A program made the translations under genes and the position numbers. Positions 59,875-64,000 of a DNA stretch of 64,000 bases are shown in pieces. Under the pieces are notes generated by a model. That model did no database searches and was not told the DNA's origin. It saw only the letters and a list, made by a program, of their open reading frames with translations. Source of the DNA: Holophagales bacterium UBA5704 (GTDB lineage Bacteria > Acidobacteriota > Thermoanaerobaculia > Multivoradales > UBA5704); the NCBI GenBank assembly GCA_002420005.1, contig DIHE01000052.1, positions 855-64,854 of the forward strand, written 5' to 3'. Positions within the stretch are counted from its first letter, which is position 1. Every line of letters starts with the position of its first letter.

Positions 59875-60771
59875 ATGGCCAAGAAAAGCACGATCGGTCG
59901 TACTCTGATGATGGGTAGCCTGCGCGCCGGCTTCGCCGCCGGCGGTGCGCTCGCGCCCGGGCTCACCGGCACGGCGGCGGCGCGCCTGTTCTTGAGCACC
60001 CGTCGGCATCCGGTGCCGGAGCGGGACCGCGAGGGGCTCGCGGCGGCCCGCCGGTGGAGTCTCGACACGCTGTGGGGTCCGCTGGCCGCCTGGACCTGGG
60101 GAGCGGAGGAGGGGCCGACGATTGCGCTTCTGCATGGCTGGGAGGGGCGGGCCGCGCAGCTCGGAGGCTTCGCCGCGCCTCTCACCGCCGCCGGGTTCCG
60201 GGTGGTCGCGCTCGATGCACCGGGGCATGGCGAGTCGCCCGGCCGCAGCTCCTCGCTGGTGGCGATGGGCCGGGCCCTGCTGGCGCTGGGCGAGCACGTC
60301 GGTCCCCTGGCCGGTGTGGTGGCCCATTCGGCCGGCACGGTGGCGGCGATCCATGCGCTGCGGCGGGGGCTCGCCGCGGAGCGCCTGGTCAGCGTCGCGC
60401 CGGGGGTCGATCTGGAAGACTATGCCCGCGGGTTCGCCCGTCTGTTCGGCCTCAACGCCGCGGTGAGCGCCCGCATGCGGCAACGGATCGAGCGCGTTCT
60501 CGGCGTGCACTGGGAAGAGCTCGATCCGCGCCGTACGCCGCGGAAGGATCAGGTTCCTCTCCTGGTGGTCCACGACCGCGGCGACCGCGAAGCGCCGTTC
60601 AGCGGCGGCGGGGAGCTCGCCGAAGCCTGGAGTGCCCGGCTGATCCCCACCGAAGGGCTCGGTCACACCCGCATTCTGCGCGATCCCGCGGTCCTCGCCG
60701 CTGCGACGGCGTTTCTCCTGGAGGCGCCGGTGGAGCAGCGCGCACCGCGCCGGGCGGGCGCCCGGTCCTGA
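59875..60771 (+). CDS. Alpha/beta hydrolase fold protein
   Basis: ATG 59875 follows GGAGGAG; the track ORF starts at GTG 59839. Motifs are LLHGWEGRAAQ, LDAPGHGES and the nucleophile-elbow-like VVAHSAGT. Confidence 0.7.
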   Translation: MAKKSTIGRTLMMGSLRAGFAAGGALAPGLTGTAAARLFLSTRRHPVPERDREGLAAARRWSLDTLWGPLAAWTWGAEEGPTIALLHGWEGRAAQLGGFAAPLTAAGFRVVALDAPGHGESPGRSSSLVAMGRALLALGEHVGPLAGVVAHSAGTVAAIHALRRGLAAERLVSVAPGVDLEDYARGFARLFGLNAAVSARMRQRIERVLGVHWEELDPRRTPRKDQVPLLVVHDRGDREAPFSGGGELAEAWSARLIPTEGLGHTRILRDPAVLAAATAFLLEAPVEQRAPRRAGARS

Positions 60772-60862
60772 GCCGATCCGAAAGGCTCACGTTTCCCTGG
60801 ACGGACCCTCGGCGTCGCCGGGGGGCGACTTCCGGTTGCTCCGAGGGTCCGGCTTTTTGCAC

Positions 60863-61921
60863 TCACCGCCAGCGGAAGATCTTGAGCGCCACCGCGAAGC
60901 ACGCCACGCCCCAGGCGGCCACGATGGCGAGCGGGAGGGCGATCTCGGTCAGGCTGCTGCCTTCGATCATCACGCCGCGCAGCGCCTGATTGAGCGCGGT
61001 GAGCGGCAGGGCCTTGACCACCGGCTGGACGACGTCCGGGAAACGCTCCGAGGAGAAGAAGACGCCGGAGAGCAGCCACATGGGAAGCATCACCAGGTTG
61101 GCCAGGCCGCTCGCTCCTTCCATCGTCTCCACCCGCGAAGCGATCAGCAGGCCCATGCCGCAAAACGTCATGGCACCCAGGAGGCATGTGGCGGTCAGCA
61201 GCAGGAGCGAGCCGCGCACGGCGACGTCGAAGAGCAGCCAGCCGCCCCCGACGAGGACGATCATCTCCGGAATGAGAAACCCGAGCCGGCCGAGGATCTG
61301 CGACAGCAGATAGTCGCTCTTGCGCATCGGCGTCGCCACCAGACGCTTCAGGATCTTGCGGTTGCGCGCGTTGGTCACCGAAAACGCCAGGCTCCAGATG
61401 CCCGTTCCCATCAGGTTCATCCCGAGCAGGCCGGGGACCAGGAAATCGATGTAGCGCGAGCCCTTCTCGGTCACCTTTTCAGCCCTGACCTGGAGTGCAT
61501 CCCGGCGCCCAGCCGCCTGTTGCAGCGCGTCGTCGGCTTCCAACCGGGCGATCCGCGAGTCGGGCCGGGTCTCGTCGAAGCGAAAGACCGGCGGCGTCTG
61601 CATCTCCACCAGGAGGGAGATCTTGCCGGTGCGCAGCGCTTCGCGGCCTTCCGTCTCTTCATACCGGCGGGGGAGGAGGACGGGCGATCCGGCGAGGGTG
61701 GTGACGGCGCGGTCGGCGGCGGCACGAGAGGCCGCGTCTCCGGCCGGAGCGACGACGCCGACCGGAATCTGGTCCGGACCCTTCTCGCGAAACGCGAATC
61801 CCAGGGCGACGGCGAGCAGCATGGGGAAGGCGAACACCCAGAACACCGCCTCCGGCTCGCGGATGAATTCCTTCGCCCGGCACAGGGTCAGCTCGAGGAG
61901 GGGGGAAGAGCGTCGGCTCAT
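60863..61921 (-). CDS. ABC-2 type transporter permease
   Basis: A 352-aa protein with one N-terminal TM helix, a large loop, then five C-terminal TM helices, as in ABC-2 permeases. It lies immediately downstream of the ATPase gene. Confidence 0.75.
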   Translation of the reverse strand: MSRRSSPLLELTLCRAKEFIREPEAVFWVFAFPMLLAVALGFAFREKGPDQIPVGVVAPAGDAASRAAADRAVTTLAGSPVLLPRRYEETEGREALRTGKISLLVEMQTPPVFRFDETRPDSRIARLEADDALQQAAGRRDALQVRAEKVTEKGSRYIDFLVPGLLGMNLMGTGIWSLAFSVTNARNRKILKRLVATPMRKSDYLLSQILGRLGFLIPEMIVLVGGGWLLFDVAVRGSLLLLTATCLLGAMTFCGMGLLIASRVETMEGASGLANLVMLPMWLLSGVFFSSERFPDVVQPVVKALPLTALNQALRGVMIEGSSLTEIALPLAIVAAWGVACFAVALKIFRWR

Positions 61922-61933
61922 GGGGGATCGTCC

Positions 61934-62866
61934 TCAGTCTTCGCGCAGCGCCCGGCCGGTGTGGGCGACGAAGACGTCCTCCAGCGTCGCCCGGTGGGTC
62001 GTGAGGTGGACGAGCCGCGAGCCCGAGCGCTCGATCAACGCGAGCAGAAGCGGCACGGTCTGGGCGAGAGCGCCCACCGGCAAGGCCCAGTTGGGACCGC
62101 GCCGGTGCGGCCCGGTGACCCCGGGGAGCACGCGGAGGGCGGCCTCGTCGAGGTCCGGCTCGGCGAGAAATTCGATCACGTTCGCGGCCTGCAGCGAGCT
62201 GATCAGCTCCGCGGGGGTGCCGAGGGCGATGACCTGCCCGTGGTCGACGATCGCGACGCGGTCGCACAGGCGCTCCGCCTCGTCCATGTAGTGCGTGGTC
62301 AACAGCACCGTGCCGCCGCCGGCGCGGAAGTCGGTGATCTGTTGCCAGAGCTCCAGCCGGCTCTGTGGATCGAGCCCGGTGGTCGGCTCGTCGAGAAACA
62401 GGATCTCCGGGTCGCCCACCAGGGCGCAGGCCACGGCGATCCGCTGTTTCTGTCCGCCGGAGAGCTTGCCCACCCGCGCCTTCCGCTTTTCATCGAGCGA
62501 CAACCGGGCGAGCACCTCTTCGGGGTCGCGCCCCGTGCGGTAGAAGGACCGGAAAAGGCGGATCGTCTCGAGCACCGTGAGCTTCTCGGCGAGCTGGGTC
62601 TCCTGGAGCGAGATGCCGAGCCGCTCCCGCAGCCGGTCTCCCTCGCGCGCCCAGGTGGTGCCCAGAATCTCGACCTCACCGGCGTCCGGCTCGGTCAATC
62701 CTTCGAGAATCTCGATCGTCGTCGTCTTGCCCGCGCCGTTGGGACCGAGCAGTCCGAAGCACTCGCCGCGGATCACCTCCAGGTCCAGACCGTTGACCGC
62801 CACCACGTCCGCATAGCGCTTGACGAGGCCGCGGCAGCGGACGGCGGTCGAGGAGGAGCCGGTCAT
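61934..62866 (-). CDS. ABC transporter ATP-binding protein
   Basis: Walker A GLLGPNGAGKTTT, signature LSGGQKQR, Walker B ILFLDEPTTGLD. Confidence 0.9.
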   Translation of the reverse strand: MTGSSSTAVRCRGLVKRYADVVAVNGLDLEVIRGECFGLLGPNGAGKTTTIEILEGLTEPDAGEVEILGTTWAREGDRLRERLGISLQETQLAEKLTVLETIRLFRSFYRTGRDPEEVLARLSLDEKRKARVGKLSGGQKQRIAVACALVGDPEILFLDEPTTGLDPQSRLELWQQITDFRAGGGTVLLTTHYMDEAERLCDRVAIVDHGQVIALGTPAELISSLQAANVIEFLAEPDLDEAALRVLPGVTGPHRRGPNWALPVGALAQTVPLLLALIERSGSRLVHLTTHRATLEDVFVAHTGRALRED

Positions 62867-62895
62867 CAGGATTGTGAGTATATCCGACAGGGGTT

Positions 62896-63315
62896 CTAGG
62901 CCTGCCCGGCGAGGCGGCGAAACGGCTGGGCGACCACCTCCGGCGCCCGGCAGGGCCGGCCGCTGGCCGCTTCGACCCAGATGTGCTCGGTGGCGCCGGT
63001 CACCAGCAGCTCCTCCTGCTTGCGGACCTCATAGGCGAAGCGCAGACCGCGGCTCCCCATGTGCTCCGTCCAGCACACCACCTGCACCGTGTCTCCGTAC
63101 CGCGCCGGGCGCCGGTAGCGCACCTCGACGCCGGTGACCATGAGCAGGGTGCCCATCTTCTCGATCTCCGCGTAGTGAAAGCCCGAGAGCGCGCAGAGCC
63201 GGGTGCGGGCCAGCTCGAACCACACCACGTAGTTGGCATGATGGACGACCCCCATCTGGTCGGTCTCGGCATAGCGCACCTCGACCTCGGTGGTGCAGCG
63301 CATCGGCTCGCTCAT
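62896..63315 (-). CDS. Acyl-CoA thioesterase, 4HBT/YbgC hotdog family
   Basis: VRYAETDQMGVVHHANY is the catalytic Asp region of YbgC-like thioesterases. The 139-aa length fits a hotdog fold. Confidence 0.8.
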   Translation of the reverse strand: MSEPMRCTTEVEVRYAETDQMGVVHHANYVVWFELARTRLCALSGFHYAEIEKMGTLLMVTGVEVRYRRPARYGDTVQVVCWTEHMGSRGLRFAYEVRKQEELLVTGATEHIWVEAASGRPCRAPEVVAQPFRRLAGQA

Positions 63316-63410
63316 CCGGTCTCCCCCCTTGTCGGTGCCCTTGTTTCGGTGCCATGGCCCCGTGGCGGGGAGATCCTATCGCGGCCTCCCATCTGCGATA
63401 AACTTCCTCC

Positions 63411-64000
63411 ATGCGGCCCGTCTTCGCCGATCCCAAGACCGACTTCGTCTTCAAGCGCATCTTCGGCAGCGAGGTGCACAAGCCGCTGCTGATCGAGCTG
63501 CTGAATGCGCTGCTGGAGCTGTCCGGGGACCACCGGATCGTCGACCTCAAGTACCTGTCGTCGGAGCAGAGGGTGCCGGTCGAGCAGCTCAAGCTGTCGG
63601 TGGTGGACGTCAAGTGCTACGACGAGCGGGGCCGTCACTACGTGGTCGAGATGCAGGTGCTCAACGTCGAGGGGTTCGAGAAGCGGGTGGTGTACAACAC
63701 CTCGAAGGCCTACGTGACCCAGTTGCGGGCGGGGGAGGACTACCCCGGTCTCGACGACGTGGTGGGGGTGACGATCTGCGACTTCCTGCTCTGGCCGGTG
63801 CCGCCGGTGCCGGGCGGCGCGCCGGTGCCGATGCTCAGCCGTTGGCGGATGCAGGAGCAGCACCACGGTGCGCTGGGGCTGTCGCAGGTGCAGTACGTCT
63901 TCCTGGAGCTGCCGAAGTATGCGGCGGGTGACGATCCGCAGGGGACGATCGACCGTTGGGCCTATTTCTTTCGCGAGGCGGAGACCCTGGAGGTGGTGCC
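63411..64000 (+). CDS. PD-(D/E)XK nuclease family transposase-like protein (Rpn-like), 3' end outside the window
   Basis: This ORF is not in the track because it runs off the window end. My translation from ATG 63411 is MRPVFADPKTDFVFKRIFGSEVHKPLLIELLNALL...LSVVDVKCYDERGRHYVVEMQVLN...YNTSKAY. That is the typical N-terminus and D...E-x-Q nuclease core of this family. Confidence 0.75.
   Translation, partial: MRPVFADPKTDFVFKRIFGSEVHKPLLIELLNALLELSGDHRIVDLKYLSSEQRVPVEQLKLSVVDVKCYDERGRHYVVEMQVLNVEGFEKRVVYNTSKAYVTQLRAGEDYPGLDDVVGVTICDFLLWPVPPVPGGAPVPMLSRWRMQEQHHGALGLSQVQYVFLELPKYAAGDDPQGTIDRWAYFFREAETLEVV

Noticed and set aside
59875-60771. Alpha/beta hydrolase as the missing NRPS release enzyme, and the alpha-oxoamine synthase (1896-3137) as a cluster tailoring enzyme
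   Set aside because: The hydrolase is 5 kb downstream of the cluster and the synthase 25 kb upstream. Unrelated genes and opposite-strand units intervene, and the hydrolase has its own TetR regulator. The sequence offers no evidence of linkage.

Overview
High-GC (about 70%) bacterial chromosomal segment; the taxon cannot be assigned from sequence alone. I saw no rRNA, tRNA or CRISPR array. Most six-frame ORFs that overlap the genes below are high-GC shadow ORFs. Layout: (1) 1-5.4 kb is housekeeping: truncated L-serine dehydratase, ferritin, an alpha-oxoamine-synthase-like PLP enzyme, a LysM lytic transglycosylase and a small hypothetical protein. (2) 5.45-5.9 kb is a non-coding array of about 22 in-register 21-bp units, each carrying a CCGACTnnAGTCGG dyad. 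(3) 5.95-20.8 kb is the most interesting part. Two convergent, translationally coupled operons encode eight uncharacterised proteins: polytopic membrane protein, P-loop GTPase, 1007-aa helical protein, single-pass membrane protein and vWA protein on the plus strand. The minus strand encodes a Ser/Thr kinase with a long coiled coil, an N-domain+GTPase fusion, and an N-domain-only paralog. This looks like an uncharacterised GTPase/vWA/kinase NTP-dependent conflict (defence-like) system. (4) 20.9-28 kb holds a hybrid PAS histidine kinase, a class-V aminotransferase, VapBC and a TIR-NB-ARC-TPR STAND protein. (5) 28.2-54.6 kb is a hybrid PKS-NRPS cluster, KS-AT-ACP-(C-A-T)x4 then (C-A-T)x3, with no release domain. 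The two megasynthase genes are separated by a start/stop-overlapping gene for a four-helix-bundle protein with a topoisomerase-type zinc finger. (6) 54.6-64 kb is mixed: SuhB-like phosphatase, M23 peptidase, nucleotidyltransferase-fold pair, AraC/DJ-1 pair, TetR/hydrolase pair, ABC-2 exporter, thioesterase, and a PD-(D/E)XK Rpn-like gene cut by the window end. Two dispersed repeat families are inserted in frame inside coding regions: a roughly 50-bp G/C hairpin element (4 copies) and a 9-bp GATC-containing microsatellite (6 expanded loci plus 1 single-copy site). All homology statements rest on motif recognition by eye; no database search was run.
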